Below, one piece after another: positions 1-16,219 of a stretch of 64,000 nt of DNA (its first letter is position 1; the number at the start of each line of letters is the position of its first letter). The position numbers and the translations under genes are program-made. Under the pieces are notes generated by a model. It had not been told where the DNA came from. It was given only the letters and a program-made list of their open reading frames with translations, and ran no database searches. The DNA comes from Eledone cirrhosa (Eukaryota), in contig OZ024742.1 of the NCBI GenBank assembly GCA_964016885.1, positions 8,680,001 through 8,744,000 on the forward strand. Direction: 5' to 3'.

Positions 1-3000
1 CACTATCATCACCACCACCACCACTATCAACATCATCACCACCACTATCAACATCACCACCACCACTATCATCACCACCACCACTATCATCACCACCACC
101 ACCACTATCATCATCACCACCACCACTATCAACATCAACACCACCACTATCATCATCACCACCACCACTATCAACATCATCACCACCACTATCACCATCA
201 CCACCACCAATATCATCATCACCACCACCACTATCAACATCACCACCACCACTATCAACATCACCACCACCACTAACAACATCACCACCACCACCACTAT
301 CAACATCACCACCACCACTATCATCATCACCACCACCACTATCATCATCACCACCACCACTATCAACATCACCACCACCACTATCAACATCACCACCACC
401 ACTATCAACATCACCACCACCACTATCACCATCACCACCACCACTATCATCATCACCACCACCACTATCAACATCACCACCACCACTATCAACATCACCA
501 CCACCACTATCAACATCACCACCACCACTATCAACATCACCACCACCACTATCAACATCACCACCACCACTATCAACATCACCAACACGACTATCAACAT
601 CACCACCACCACTATCAACACCGACACCACCACTATCATCACAACCACCACTATCATCATCACCACCACTATCATCATCACCACCACCACTATCAACACC
701 ACCACCACCACTGTCATCACCACCACCACCACTATCAACATCACCACCACTATCAACATCACCACCACCACTATCATCATCACCACCACCACTATCATCA
801 TCACCAGCACCACTATCAACATCATCACCATCACTATCATCATCACCACCACCACTATCATCATCACCACCACCACTGTCATCATCACCACCACCACTAT
901 CAACATCATCACCATCACTATCATCATCACCACCACCACTATCATCATCATCACCACCACTATCAACATCACCACCACCACTATCATCATCACCACCACC
1001 ACTATCATCATCATCACCACCACTATCAACATCACCACCACCACTATCATCATCACCACCACCACTATCATCATCACCACCACCACTATCATCATCACCA
1101 CCACCACTATCATCATCACCAGCACCACTATCAACATCATCACCATCACTATCATCATCACCACCACCACTATCATCATCACCACCACCACTATCATCAT
1201 CACCACCACCACTATCAACACCACCACCACCATTATCAACATCACCACCACCACTATCATCATCACCACCACCACTATCAACACCACCACCACCATTATC
1301 AACATCACCACCACCACTATCATCATCACCACCACCACTATCATCATCACCACCACCACTATCATCATCACCACCACCACTATCAACATCACCACCACCA
1401 CTATCAACATCACCACCACCACTATCATCATCACCACCACCACTATCATCATCACCACCACTATCAACATCACCACCACCACTATCATCATCACCACCAC
1501 CACTATCATCATCACCACCACCACTATCAACACCACCACCACCATTATCAACATCACCACCACCACTATCATCATCACCACCACCACTATCAACACCACC
1601 ACCACCATTATCAACATCACCACCACCACTATCATCATCACCACCACCACTATCATCATCACCACCACCACTATCATCATCACCACCACCACTATCAACA
1701 TCACCACCACCACTATCAACATCACCACCACCACTATCATCATCACCACCACCACTATCATCATCACCACCACTATCAACATCACCACCACCACTATCAT
1801 CATCACCACCACCACTATCATCATCACCACCACTATCAACATCACCACCACCACTATCATCATCACCACCACTATCAACATCACCACCACTATCAACATC
1901 ACCACCACCACTATCATCATCACCAACACCACTATCATCATCACCACCACCACTATCAACATCACCACCACCACTATCATCATCATCACCACCACCACCA
2001 TTATCAACATCACCACCACCACTATCAACATCACCACCACCACTATCATCACCACCACCACCACTATCATCATCACCACCACCACCATCATCATCACCAC
2101 CACCACCATCATCATCATCACCACCACCACCATTATCAACATCACCACCACCACTATCAACATCACCACCACCACTATCATCACCACCACCACCACTATC
2201 ATCACCACCACCACCAATATCAACATCACCACCACCACTATCAACATCACCACCACCACTATCATCATCACCAACACCACTATCATCATCACCACCACCA
2301 CTATCAACATCACCACCACCACTATCATCATCATCACCACCACCACCATTATCAACATCACCACCACCACTATCAACATCACCACCACCACTATCATCAC
2401 CACCACCACCACTATCATCATCACCACCACCACTATCATCATCACCACCACCACCATCATCATCATCACCACCACCACCATTATCAACATCACCACCACC
2501 ACTATCAACATCACCACCACCACTATCATCACCACCACCACCACTATCATCACCACCACCACCAATATCAACATCACCACCACCACTATCAACATCACCA
2601 CAACCACTATCATCATCACCACCACCACTATCATCATCACCACCACCACTATCATCACCACCACCACCACTATCATCACCACCACCACCACTATCAACAT
2701 CACCACCACCACTATCAACATCACCACCACCACTATCAACATCACCACCACCACTATCATCATCACCACCACCACTATCATCATCACCACCACCACTATC
2801 ATCATCATCACCACCACCACCATTATCAACATCACCACCACCACTATCAACATCACCACCACCACTATCATCATCACCACCACCACTATCATCACCACCA
2901 CCACCACTATCATCACCACCACCACCACTATCATCACCACCACCACCACTATCAACATCACCACCACCACTATCAACATCACCACCACCACTATCAACAT

Positions 3001-6000
3001 CACCACCACCACTATCATCACCACCACCACCACTATCAACATCACCACCACCACTATCATCATCACCACCACCACTATCATCATCACCACCACCACTATC
3101 AACATCACCACCACCACTATCAACATCACCACCACCACTATCAACATCACCACCACAACTATCAACATCACCACCACCACTATCAACATCACCACCACCA
3201 CTATCATCATCATCATCACCACCACCACTATCATCATCACCACCACCACTATCAACATCACCACCACCACTATCAACATCACCACCACCACTATCATCAT
3301 CATCATCACCACCACCACTATCAACATCACCACCACCACTATCATCATCACCACCACCACTATCAACATCACCACCACCACTATCAACATCACCACCACC
3401 ACTATCATCATCACCACCACCACTATCATCATCACCACCACCACTATCATCATCATCATCACCACCACCACTATCAACATCACCACCACCACTATCAACA
3501 TCACCACCACCACTATCATCATCATCATCACCACCACCACTATCATCATCACCACCACCACTATCAACATCACCACCACCACTATCAACATCACCACCAC
3601 CACTATCATCATCATCATCACCACCACCACTATCAACATCACCACCACCACTATCAACATCACCACCACCACTATCATCATCACCACCACCACTATCAAC
3701 ATCACCACCACCACTATCAACATCACCACCACCACTATCATCATCACCACCACCACTATCAACATCACCACCACCACTATCATCATCATCACCACCACCA
3801 CCACTATCATCATCACCACCACCACTATCAACATCACCACCACCACTATCAACATCACCACCACCACTATCATCATCACCACCACCACTATCAACATCAC
3901 CACCACCACTATCAACATCACCACCACCACTATCAACATCACCACCACCACTATCAACATCACCACCACCACTATCATCATCACCACCACCACTATCATC
4001 ACCACCACCACCACTATCATCACCACCACCACCACTATCATCATCACCACCACCACTATCATCACCACCACCACCACTATCAACATCACCACCACCACTA
4101 TCATCATCACCAGCACCACTATCAACATCACCACCACCACTATCATCATCACCACCACCACTATCAACATCACCACCACCACTATCATCATCACCACCAC
4201 CACTATCAACATCACCACCACCACTATCATCATCACCACCACCACTATCAACATCACCACCACCACTATCAACATCACCACCACCACTATCAACATCACC
4301 ACCACCACTATCAACATCACCACCACCACTATCAACATCACCACCACCACTATCATCATCACCACCACCACTATCATCACCACCACCACCACTATCATCA
4401 CCACCACCACCACTATCATCATCACCACCACCACTATCATCACCACCACCACCACTATCAACATCACCACCACCACTATCATCACCACCACCACCACTAT
4501 CAACATCACCACCACCACTATCATCACCACCACCACCACTATCAACATCACCACCACCACTATCATCACCACCACCACCACTATCAACATCACCACCACC
4601 ACTATCATCATCACCACCACCACTATCATCACCACCACCACCACTATCATCACCACCACCACCACTATCATCACCACCACCACCACTATCATCACCACCA
4701 CCACTATCATCACCACCACCACTATCATCATCACCACCACCACTATCAGCACCACCACCACCACTATCATCACCACCACCACCACTATCTTCATCATCAC
4801 CACCACTATCAACATCACCACCACAACCACTATCATCATCACCACCACCACTATCATCACCACCACCACCACTATCATCACCACCAACACCACTATCATC
4901 ACCACCACCACCACTATCAACATCATCACCACCACTATCAACATCACCACCACCACTATCATCATCACCACCACCACTATCATCACCACCACCACTATCA
5001 TCATCACCACCACCACTATCAACATCACCACCACCACTATCAACATCACCACCACCACTATCATCATCACCACCACCACTATCATCATCACCACCACCAC
5101 TATCATCACCACCAACACCACTATCATCACCACCACCACCACTATCATCATCACCACCACCACTATCATCACCACCACCACTATCATCACCACCACCACC
5201 ACTATCATCACCACCACCACCACTATCATCACCACCACCACCACTATCATCATCACCACCACCACTATCATCACCACCACCACTATCATCATCACCACCA
5301 CCACTATTATCACCACCACCACTATCATCACCACCACCACCACTATCATCACCACCAACACCACTATCATCACCACCACCACCACTATCAACATCATCAC
5401 CACCACTATCAACATCACCACCACCACTATCATCACCACCACCACTATCATCACCACCACCACCACTATCATCATCACCACCACCACTATCAACATCAAC
5501 ACCACCACTATCATCATCACCACCACCACTATCAACATCATCACCACCACTATCACCATCACCACCACCAATATCATCATCACCACCACCACTATCAACA
5601 TCACCACCACCACTATCAACATCACCACCACCACTAACAACATCACCACCACCACCACTATCAACATCACCACCACCACTATCATCATCACCACCACCAC
5701 TATCATCATCACCACCACCACTATCAACATCACCACCACCACTATCAACATCACCACCACCACTATCAACATCACCACCACCACTATCACCATCACCACC
5801 ACCACTATCATCATCACCACCACCACTATCAACATCACCACCACCACTATCATCATCACCACCACCACTATCATCATCATCACCACCACTATCAACATCA
5901 CCACCACCACTATCAACATCACCACCACCACCACTATCAACATCACCACCACCACTATCAACATCACCACCACCACTATCAACATCACCACCACCACTAT

Positions 6001-6540
6001 CAACATCACCACCACCACTATTAACATCACCACCACTATCAACATCACCACCACCACTATCAACATCATCAGCACCACCACTATCATCACCACCACTATC
6101 AACATCACCACCACCACTATTAACACCACCACCACTATCAACATCACCACCACCACTATCATCACCACCACCACTATCAACATCACCACCACCACTATCA
6201 ACATCACCACCACCGCCACTATCAACATCACCACCACCACTATCATCACCATCACCACCACTATCATCACCACCACCACCACTATCATCACCACCACCAC
6301 TATCAACATCACCACCACCACCACTATCAACATCACCACCACCACTATCATCACCATCACCACCACTATCATCACCACCACCACCACTATCATCACCACC
6401 ACCACTATCATCAGCACCACCACCACTATCAACATCACCACCACCACTATCATCACCACCACCACCACTATCATCACCACCACCACTATCATCACCACCA
6501 CCACCACTATCAACATCATCACCACCAACATCATCATCAG
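1..6540. repeat. Degenerate ~21-bp minisatellite built from CAC/CAT/CAA/TAT triplets (consensus caccaccaccactatcaacat); runs off the left edge
   Basis: Continuous triplet-phased repeat, units mostly 18-24 bp. Confidence 0.97.
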
Positions 6541-6727
6541 AATCCTATTCTTCTCGGAGTTTCAACACAATACAAATTAGAGAGAAAATGAAATGTTGGC
6601 CAGCTACTAACAATTGAAACTGAAAGACACCCGCTGTTGATGAGGGCGATCATTTTGTCATAACAATTTAGTTCTTACTTCTTTTGTCTGAGGCTTTCCA
6701 TGTGGCCTGTGTGATGAAGAGTGTGAA

Positions 6728-6771
6728 AGAGGGGGGGGAGAAAGAAAGAGAGAGAGAGAGAGAGAAAGAGA

Positions 6772-6816
<45 letters not shown>

Positions 6817-6832
6817 AGAGAGAGAAAGAGAG
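6728..6832. repeat. (GA)n microsatellite, representative of dozens of (TA)n, (CA)n, (GA)n and (TACA)n tracts across the window
   Basis: Directly visible. Confidence 0.95.
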
Positions 6833-7560
6833 AGTCAAAAAAGTAGAAGCGAGAGAAAGAAAGGGATCATGTGAGTGGAAGAAGACTGCTATCAGAAACA
6901 AGAAAGAGAGAAGGAAAGAAAGAAATAAAGAAAGAAACGGAGAAAAACAGGTAGTTTGCAGTTTATGTGTATTGCGTTATGAATGTATATATATATATGC
7001 AAAGGTTATATTTAAAGGGTATGTCAATATATATATATATATATATATTGGTAAACGGAATAGAAAATGCTGACAAATTGTTCACATTGAAAAATAGTTT
7101 AATTAGGAATAAGTGAGAATTAGTAATTGTATTGGTTAGTATTCAGTTTTGGTTTTAAGTTTTACCGGTTACGCGTTTCTAATGTTTTCCAAAAATAATT
7201 TTGATATAGAGCGTCCGTGATGTTTGCTCTGATCTGATTAGTTTTGGGAATTCTACCTGTTTTTATGTTAAAAAATAGCTCCAGCGGTATTAAAATAGGT
7301 TTTGCGCCAATTCGTGTTGCAAAAATTCTTTTGGTCAAAACAATTTTGATTGGTCGGTAGAGGTCATATGAATGTAAAAAAATTGATTTTGCGCCAAATG
7401 TAGGTTTGTGTCGGCTGACTGAGAAATGACTCTTTCACAACAAATATGTGTGTGTGTGTGTGTGTGTGTAGTAGTAGTAAAGTGTTCGTTGTTGCGATAA
7501 TGGTTAGCAGGGATGTGTGTGCGAACCGCAGCCTGTTGACAGTTCAAATGCCTATTAAGA

Positions 7561-7603
<43 letters not shown>

Positions 7604-7710
7604 CAGAGTAATTCGTGGTAGAGGGTCTCTCGGTAGGAATGTGTCTGTAAGTGAGTGGGGGATATTTTAACATGTTAAAAGATATTTTTCAGCTCTCGTC
7701 TTATACGGAG

Positions 7711-7752
<42 letters not shown>

Positions 7753-7974
7753 CTCTTTGTATATTAATGTACGCGTGTGTATGCGTGTGTGTGTGAGAAT
7801 GTGTGTGTGTGTGTGTGTGGGTGGACCAGTCTTTTTTTGCCCTGGTAAAATGGTGTACATTATTCGATATTTTCAGTAAAATCGATTCTCTCAATAGAAC
7901 ATCAAAAACCTTAATAATAAAAGGTGTGAAATGATATATAGTATTGGCATAATACCAAGGTGTGAGTGAGTGTG

Positions 7975-8245
7975 TGTGTGTGTCCAGATTGTACGTACTG
8001 AAAGGGGGATCCCTTAGGCCTTGCCGTATTGGAATACCTGTGCACAAATATGTATCTGGAGTGTGTCCAGAAATTGTATACCTGTGCACAAATTGTACAC
8101 TCGTGCACAAATTGTACACATGTATCTGGAGTGTGTCCAGAAATTGTACACCTGTGCAAAAATATGTATCTGGAGTGTGTCCAGATTGCACGTACTGCAA
8201 GGGGAATTCATTAGGCTTTGCCGTATTGGAATACCTGTGCACAAA
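7975..8245. repeat. Short direct-repeat module (tatctggagtgtgtccaga / cctgtgcacaaa) with a duplicated ~70-bp terminal block
   Basis: gtgtgtccagattg(t/c)acgtactg...gccgtattggaatacctgtgcacaaa occurs near 7978 and again near 8175, with internal sub-repeats. Confidence 0.75.
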
Positions 8246-8807
8246 AAATGTATGTGCCCATCAGTGTGCAATGCATGTGTGCGTTTGTGTATGTGTGTGT
8301 GTCGGTACGTTTATATCTATAGACATCAAAAGGTATGCAAATGTGTGTATATATGTGTTGCACCATAGAACATGTGTGTTTACGTATGTCATTGTGTTTA
8401 TATGTGAGTAGAGATGTGTGCTGATGTAGGTATGTATGTTGACGTGTGTATGTTGTGGGTTCGTCTTAGGGAGAAGTGTTTAGATGGGGTCCGTATTTGT
8501 TAATAAAGTAAGATTCCTTGCTGATGCGCTGGGTGTGGGTGGCATTATCTTTAAATTTGTAGAGGGGAAAGATTCTGAAGTTATATATATGCGTGTCAAT
8601 ACATATATATATGCAGAGGTTATATTTTTCAGGGTATGTCAATATTTATTTATAAAACAAATCTGTATTGTATTGTATCTGATGAAAGCGCACCATGATT
8701 TGCCTTGGTGGCCCTTGAAATATGTATAATAAAATAAATATGGTTTTATAAATATAGTTTAATAAAATAAATATGGTTTTATAAATATAGTTTCCATTTT
8801 TTAATAT

Positions 8808-8890
<83 letters not shown>

Positions 8891-9194
8891 GGATATATGA
8901 GAGGGATGAACACATATATAACTCTACATGTGTTCCAATTGCAAATGACCAAGTTAACTAGGTTTATTATTTTTATTGATTTATTATTTTAAATCGAGAC
9001 AGGCAAACCATATTGTTTTAAATTACCATTTTTTCAACCTAGCTAACTTAGTCATTTGCAATTGGAAGACATGTATACTTGTATCTGTGTTCATCCCTCT
9101 CATATATTCCATTATATTACACGGCTTTGAAAGATTGCCGTCTTTGAGCTATTTAATTGTAAAAGACTATTTTGAGTTTTTAAATCAATCTATG

Positions 9195-9226
<32 letters not shown>

Positions 9227-9401
9227 TTCAAGAGTAACCAATCTTAAAGAGAGAGATTGAGATAGTAGAGGAGATATGAGAGGAAATATTGGTGAGTTAG
9301 TTAGAAGCCAAAGCGTAAAGGCATGTGATCAATGTGCAATATGCAGTAGAAATTAGCTAGGTGTCTGGGTTCATACAGAAGTTAGGTGCGCAGAGCTGGA
9401 A

Positions 9402-9891
<490 letters not shown>

Positions 9892-11563
9892 TACATTTGT
9901 ATATTTGTCTACTGTTACAGTAACTGTGTTACAGAGGTCGTTGTCCTCTCATACTTTGATTCGAGAGCACAAAGATTGTTGGGGGTGTAGAATCCAGTTT
10001 AGATTCCAGCTGGGTTCAGGCGCAGACCTGTGTTCAAACATGTTATAGCATGGCCCAACCCTTCCTTTGTCCTTTTTAAACAATAGTAAGATTTGCTTTA
10101 AGAGAGATTTGGCTACTATTTCTAGCAATCGAGCGACTGTTTAGAGCCTCCCGCCGACATTGATTCAGGACTTCAGTATTTGTACGTGGATGTATTAACT
10201 TCTATTTGTATTATATATATATAGTAGATGATGTGATATAGATATATAGATATATAAGGGAGGTGTTTCGGTGAAAAGATAACATGATTGATTGCATAGC
10301 TACATTGAATAATTTATCTATCTTGACATTGTTATTGTATCGATTAGCTTGTATTGACTTTGTGTAATTATATCGATTAGTTTATATTTACAGTGTAACA
10401 ACATAGATTACTCAGTCTGTATTTACCCGGCGGCTTCGCCAGTTTATTTATTGATACATCTCCTAGCTTAATCGATTAAACTATTTTTCTTTTAGATATA
10501 TCAATTAACGAATCACCTGACCTTTGGCCCTTAATCCGGTTGTTAGGTGGTACCTTTTATAAGTGTTTTCTACAGCTTATTGCAACTCAACCCTAGATTG
10601 TACACGTGTATTATTCAGCTAGAAACGGTGCGATATATTAAGATATAGACATTTATTTCTTCATCACACGTCTAACATAAACAGCAAATATTTTCAAATA
10701 TGTTTGCTTGAAAGTAAATCCCACTTACTTCGGCAGCCATATAAAACCTTCTATCTTCGTCTCTAAACGTTTCCTACCATACCCTACTTTACCATAACAC
10801 ACCCTACCTACCATACCGGACCTTCATCCCGTTTAAATACATTTATTTGTCAAATATGTTCACACTCCTATATAACCTTACGAGCAACTCTTCACATCAA
10901 CTTATCTCTTGGTTTACTAACATCATCTACATATATCCATTGTCAAATTAAAACCAATTGCAATTGTTAAACCCACGTGACATTCTCACCTCTCTTTTGG
11001 AAATTTAACTCTTTTTCTGCATCCTTGGACCCATTAGCTCATCAACCACCATCTTCGTCATTAAGAATATTACATAATGCACACACACACACACACGTAC
11101 ACACAAACACACACACACATATATATATATAAAAGTGGAAGCATTTCTGAATTGGGGGACCAGATTCGGACAATTTAGTTTTAGTGATTAGGTTATCTCT
11201 TTGCACACTAAAAGGGTTAGAAAACTTCGATGTGCGATAAATTGTAGCGTATATCCAAATAGTTATGAGGTTTGGTAGTTTGGGGTAAACATATAATTAT
11301 TGAAGGAAGGCATGCTACCCCCTCCCCCCCCCCCCATAATTCCACCGCCACTGTGTATATATATAATTAAAAAAATATGCTATGTGCCATTTCCTAAGGG
11401 TTAACATATCGAGCTTCTTCGCATTTGGTAAGAAACTAGTATTATCCCCAATTTATTAATCTCGTGTACATATATATATATATATACACACATATATATA
11501 TATACATATATATATTATTCAAAATATTAACAAATGAAGATATTATTCACATATATATATATG

Positions 11564-11625
11564 CTTTATTATATATATTTCGAAGGTTCTGCGTTGTTTT
11601 TTCAGTACATCCTCGTCAGATAAAA
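11564..11625 (-). ncRNA. Type I hammerhead ribozyme motif (same family as 16274-16343)
   Basis: Minus strand: ttttat CTGACGA ggatgtactg..cagaaccttc GAAA tatata TA ataaag. Stem I tttat/ataaa, imperfect stem II, palindromic stem III, AUA cleavage triplet. Confidence 0.65.
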
Positions 11626-12550
11626 TATATGATTTGATATATGACATACTTCTACTGTCTTGATATTTCAATTTCAGTATTGGCAGTGAGTGCTTTTAAT
11701 CTATTGTAAAACTGTATTGATTGAGTAATCAATGAACCATATTAATCTTTGGTTATACATATAAATATATTTATTAAAATAACAGATTAAACTTTAAGCA
11801 AATAATCGCTGCCTTCAACCTTAACGGGATCTTCTGAAACTGGCAAATAAATAAGCGGGGGATGGTGACGATATTACAAGAGGTGAGAGTACATGAATTA
11901 TTGTTGGATGTAAGAAGAAAAATTCAATACCGAAGTAGAGTTTAAATATTCATTTATTGTGGCTAAACCTTGTTACTCTGGAGTAACGAACGTACACTTT
12001 GCAGTTACTGATTTCCTTAGCTCCCACCCATTATTGCCACCCCGCCTTTTACACCCCTGTATCAGACAAAACTCACGTTTAACCACCCCCTTTCTGTATC
12101 TATTAAAGACCAATCTCTACCCCCTCTATATCAATACAGGGACTATACACGCCCGACATACACTCTAATCCAACACACACACAATGGTTTTTCAAAACCC
12201 ATATTCACATACAGCCTCTTCCCCCCAGACTCTCACACATACACACACACACACTTACATCTACACATACACACACACCCTACCTTACACCATCTCAGCT
12301 CGGACTTCAATTTTCTTGCTACCCTCCACCCACTGTGAATCTCTACCCACCCCTTACACACAACCACACTCTTACCTCCCGGACGCACCCCACCCCTTCA
12401 CTCTCATTTTATATATATATTTTTATATATTCCTTCTAATTCTGTTTCTATTTATTTTGATTTCATGTTTTATTTTCATTTCTATTTTCCCGTCCTTTCA
12501 TGTTTTTCCTGTTATCCACCCCCCTCACTCCCTATTTGAGTTCCCCCTAC

Positions 12551-12590
12551 TGTCCTGATGAAGGGCTTATGTCCAAAACGACGTAACCTC
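12551..12590 (+). ncRNA. Degenerate minimal hammerhead-like core of the Penelope pLTR type
   Basis: CTGATGA agggc ttat gtcc AAAAC (G12 mutated). A related copy with intact GAAAC lies at 37646-37675 on the minus strand. Confidence 0.4.
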
Positions 12591-12692
12591 CCCCATTCTT
12601 ACCAGACGTGAAGCTAATAACACTATGTAATTACTGCGTTTGTTTGTTTGTAATTTTGAACTATATCTATATATATACAATCGGACCCACAC

Positions 12693-12773
<81 letters not shown>

Positions 12774-12774
12774 G

Positions 12775-12854
<80 letters not shown>

Positions 12855-13130
12855 ATGTCGCCGTGAGCGCTACATTATCTGCATGATGTGAAACATATTC
12901 CATCAGATTTGCCCAAATGATGTTGGCATCATCTTTAAGGTACACCCAAGGCTTGGGCCCCGTGCTATCTGCCCACGACAAAAATCTCACTCGCATCTCA
13001 AAACAACAATGCGGCACAATTATTTCACCTCAATTGACCCCGCTCTCTTTAACATTACACCAAAACACATTTAATCAGAAACAGACACCATCAAGTTCAA
13101 GAAGTCTTTTGACAAATTCCTTCAAGAAAT
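12855..13130 (+). mobile_element. 3' fragment of a CR1/L2-like LINE ORF2, with stop codons
   Basis: Translates as RRERYIICMM*NIFHQICPNDVGIIFKVHPRLG...ALFNITPKHI*..FKKSFDKFLQEI, the typical C-terminal pattern of these RTs. Confidence 0.6.
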
Positions 13131-13550
13131 CCGAGACAACGAGCACCAGAATAACTGTACCGAATACTAATATAGAGACCCATAGGAACTATAGAAAATC
13201 CAGAGATAGAAATTACTTATGGTTCAATTCAATATTCAACTCCTCTATAAAAAAACAAACTACCTTCTACAATCTTTAAGCTAATTTACAAACACTTCCC
13301 TAAACTACACAAATACCATAGAATCTTTAACTGAAAAACTATCAAACTATCTTACTCTACTGCAGCCAACATAGAATCAGACATACATAAAATCAACTAC
13401 GTAAGAATCTCTAAAGAAAATAACCTACCAACATACACCATAACACCAAATACAAAACGCAAACACATAACAACATCACAACCACACGCACATCAGGGCG
13501 CATCACAACAAAACATTAACAGGCCTAAATCACAACCCACCCAGAACAAC

Positions 13551-13990
13551 ATGCAAAACCCCAACGGAGAACCGGCACACAGGAAGGCCTCCACCTGTAA
13601 CTGCCCACTACAAAATAGATGCCTGGATTCAAGTATGGTGTACGTGTGTACTATAAATTCAGGCAACTTAACATGGCACTACATAGGTTCCACGGTTGGG
13701 GAGTTAAAAAAAAGATGCTATGTTTACAGACACTCCATGAAGAACCGTAGACTAGAGAACTCTACAACGCTGGCCAACAAAATCTGGCAGCTTAAGAACA
13801 CAAACCAGGAATATAGGATTAGCTGGTCAAAATTATCGGGAGCAAGGGCCTACAACAATGGAATGTCCCACTGCGACTTTGCAATATAGAGCTATTCCAT
13901 ATTTTAAAGTTCGATAAGATGCTGCTTAACAGCAACATAGAAAGATCAATTTTCTGTAGGCAGAAAGCAGCTACCAAGTTCACACATTTC
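13551..13990 (+). pseudogene. GIY-YIG endonuclease domain of the Penelope-like element (disrupted)
   Basis: Cys motif CNCPLQNRC, VY...YIG motif, conserved R/H and IW..K..I.W; reading frame breaks near 13880-13889. Confidence 0.85.
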
Positions 13991-14593
13991 AAACCAGCAT
14001 GATTCGACCCAGCAATCCCAAAATTAGAACTGAACCACCCGGATTTTAACGTACGGAATACATACCACCACACTGTTATTAGCTGTCAACTGACCGACTG
14101 ATCACTAGATGATAAATCTCCAAACCTTTCTTTCACTCTCTCTCCTTAAAGCAACATCAACCCCATTAAGATATGACAATCAGCATGCTAAACATTTACC
14201 CCACACATATCAAACCCCGCTTCCCCGTCCTTAGCCCTACCCCTTATGTCTCATCCTCGTATCTCTCACTTAATTGTTAATTTATTGTTTTTACTTTTAT
14301 CTGTCATTTGTTACTACCTCATATTCTCTACACGTATGTATGTATCTAATGTTGCTTTTCCTGTTAGTACTACCTTCACCCCCACATCCTTATACAGACA
14401 CTTACTCACCACCACTATTATCAACTATCGTGCTCTGTACTTATATACTTTTACTTATTTCTTATTTCTTTATATTTTTTTACTTGTTACATCTTGTAAC
14501 TTCTTTAACTCTTTATCATTATATTTTATTATTGATGTTATTGTTTTGATTCTACGCTGTATCTCTATATATACCATTGCCATATGTGAGTTC

Positions 14594-14712
14594 TCAAGTA
14601 TTCTGAGGATTTGATCAGAGACACACACTGTATTTGAGTTCGAGTGACGCAACTTCGAGTGATTAGCGGCCTTTAGACTCACCTGATCAATGAAACAATT
14701 GTTAATACCTGA
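14594..14712 (+). ncRNA. Type I hammerhead ribozyme with a long stem II insertion
   Basis: tcaagtatt CTGAGGA t TTGATCAG ..~64 nt.. CTGATCAA t GAAAC aatt GTT aatacctga. Stem I pairs 8 of 9, stem II 8 bp, palindromic stem III AACAATTGTT. Confidence 0.75.
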
Positions 14713-14924
14713 AATAAAACCCTTGTTGTACAGCCGACCATGTTATTCTTCAATCTTTCACTATTATTACTCCAAGTATAACCTGCATAGGAATTCTCGC
14801 GATCTCGCTGCCTAACTAAGGAAACCTCTTGTTGAGTCAAACAACGCCGTACATTAAAACTATCCACGACACAGAGTACTCACAACCTCTAACTGGTTTA
14901 ACTATAGCGATAACTTATTATCCC

Positions 14925-14955
<31 letters not shown>

Positions 14956-14996
14956 CATATATCAATATATCTATATCTATATATATATATATATAT

Positions 14997-15172
<176 letters not shown>

Positions 15173-15286
15173 TAAAATAACAGATTATTTTAATAAACAT
15201 TTGCTCTACGGTTCTTATATATTTGATATATATTTATCCTTATCGAGCCCTCTTTGGATTTTAGTCTTCAAATTTATTATTATTAC

Positions 15287-15320
<34 letters not shown>

Positions 15321-15323
<3 letters not shown>

Positions 15324-15750
15324 TAATGAAAAAGAACAAAGGAACTATTATGACATTACAAGTTTATTGCCGACAGCCGTTTCGTCAGAACATATGGTGG
15401 GACTTTTCAAGGCATATAACATGTGATTGAAAGTTCATTATTTACATCAACGTTTCACTCAAGATTAGCAGTTTCAAATTGTGGTATACATCAGCAGCTC
15501 CGCTTGTATATTTGGGGTCTATATTCTAAGGGGGCTCTTTTATATAAGTTGTCGGATTTGTAAAAGGGATGGGTTATGGGGAGTTAAGAGAATTTGAAGA
15601 GGGCCTAAGAGTCAGGGATTGAAGTAAATAATGAACTTACAATCACATGTTATATGCCTTGAAAAGTCCAACCATATGGTCGGACGAAACGGCTGTCGGT
15701 AATAACTTGTTGTAATGTCATAATAGTTCCTTTGTTCTTTTTCATTAATA
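15321..15750. repeat. Inverted repeat with ~130-bp arms and ~170-bp spacer, one HHR per arm
   Basis: 15321-15450 is the reverse complement of 15619-15750. Confidence 0.9.
15649..15706 (+). ncRNA. Type I hammerhead, U3-A8 core variant (inverted copy at 15363-15420, minus strand)
   Basis: gttatatgcc TTGAAAA GTCC aaccatatggtc GGAC GAAAC ggct GTC ggtaataac; predicted cleavage after 15697. Confidence 0.75.
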
Positions 15751-16117
15751 TTTCTACTCTGCTTATACGCATAGAGCTTAACTAGCTACCGTCGCATATT
15801 TGGTAGGTCAGGCGTGATCATCGCGATTCACATACGACCTACCATACATGTTCCTTTGTCAGTGTTGAACAAACGAGCAACGGTAGTTGCTAGACACTAC
15901 GGCTTAATACGGGATGTTTGTTTACAAACACACCGAGCATCATTATAATAAATGTTCGGTGAATCCATACGTGCATATATATATGTGTGCATGTATGTAT
16001 ATATATATATACATACTACTGTACGTCGGTAAACATATATGTATGTACGTGTACATACTTATATTTAAGTAACAGCCGTACTAAGAGTGGGAAATGAAAT
16101 ATCGTTTCATTTTTTCC

Positions 16118-16219
<102 letters not shown>

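Larger units (their letters stand above)
13130..14720 (+). mobile_element. Penelope-like retroelement remnant: RT C-terminus/linker, GIY-YIG endonuclease, 3' region ending in a hammerhead
   Basis: RKSRDRNYLWFN..FKLIYKHFPKLHKYHRIFN*KTIKLSYST, then CNCPLQNRC..MVY..YIGST..LKKR..RH..TTLANKIWQLK..ISW; HHR at 14594-14712 followed by AATAAA. Confidence 0.85.
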
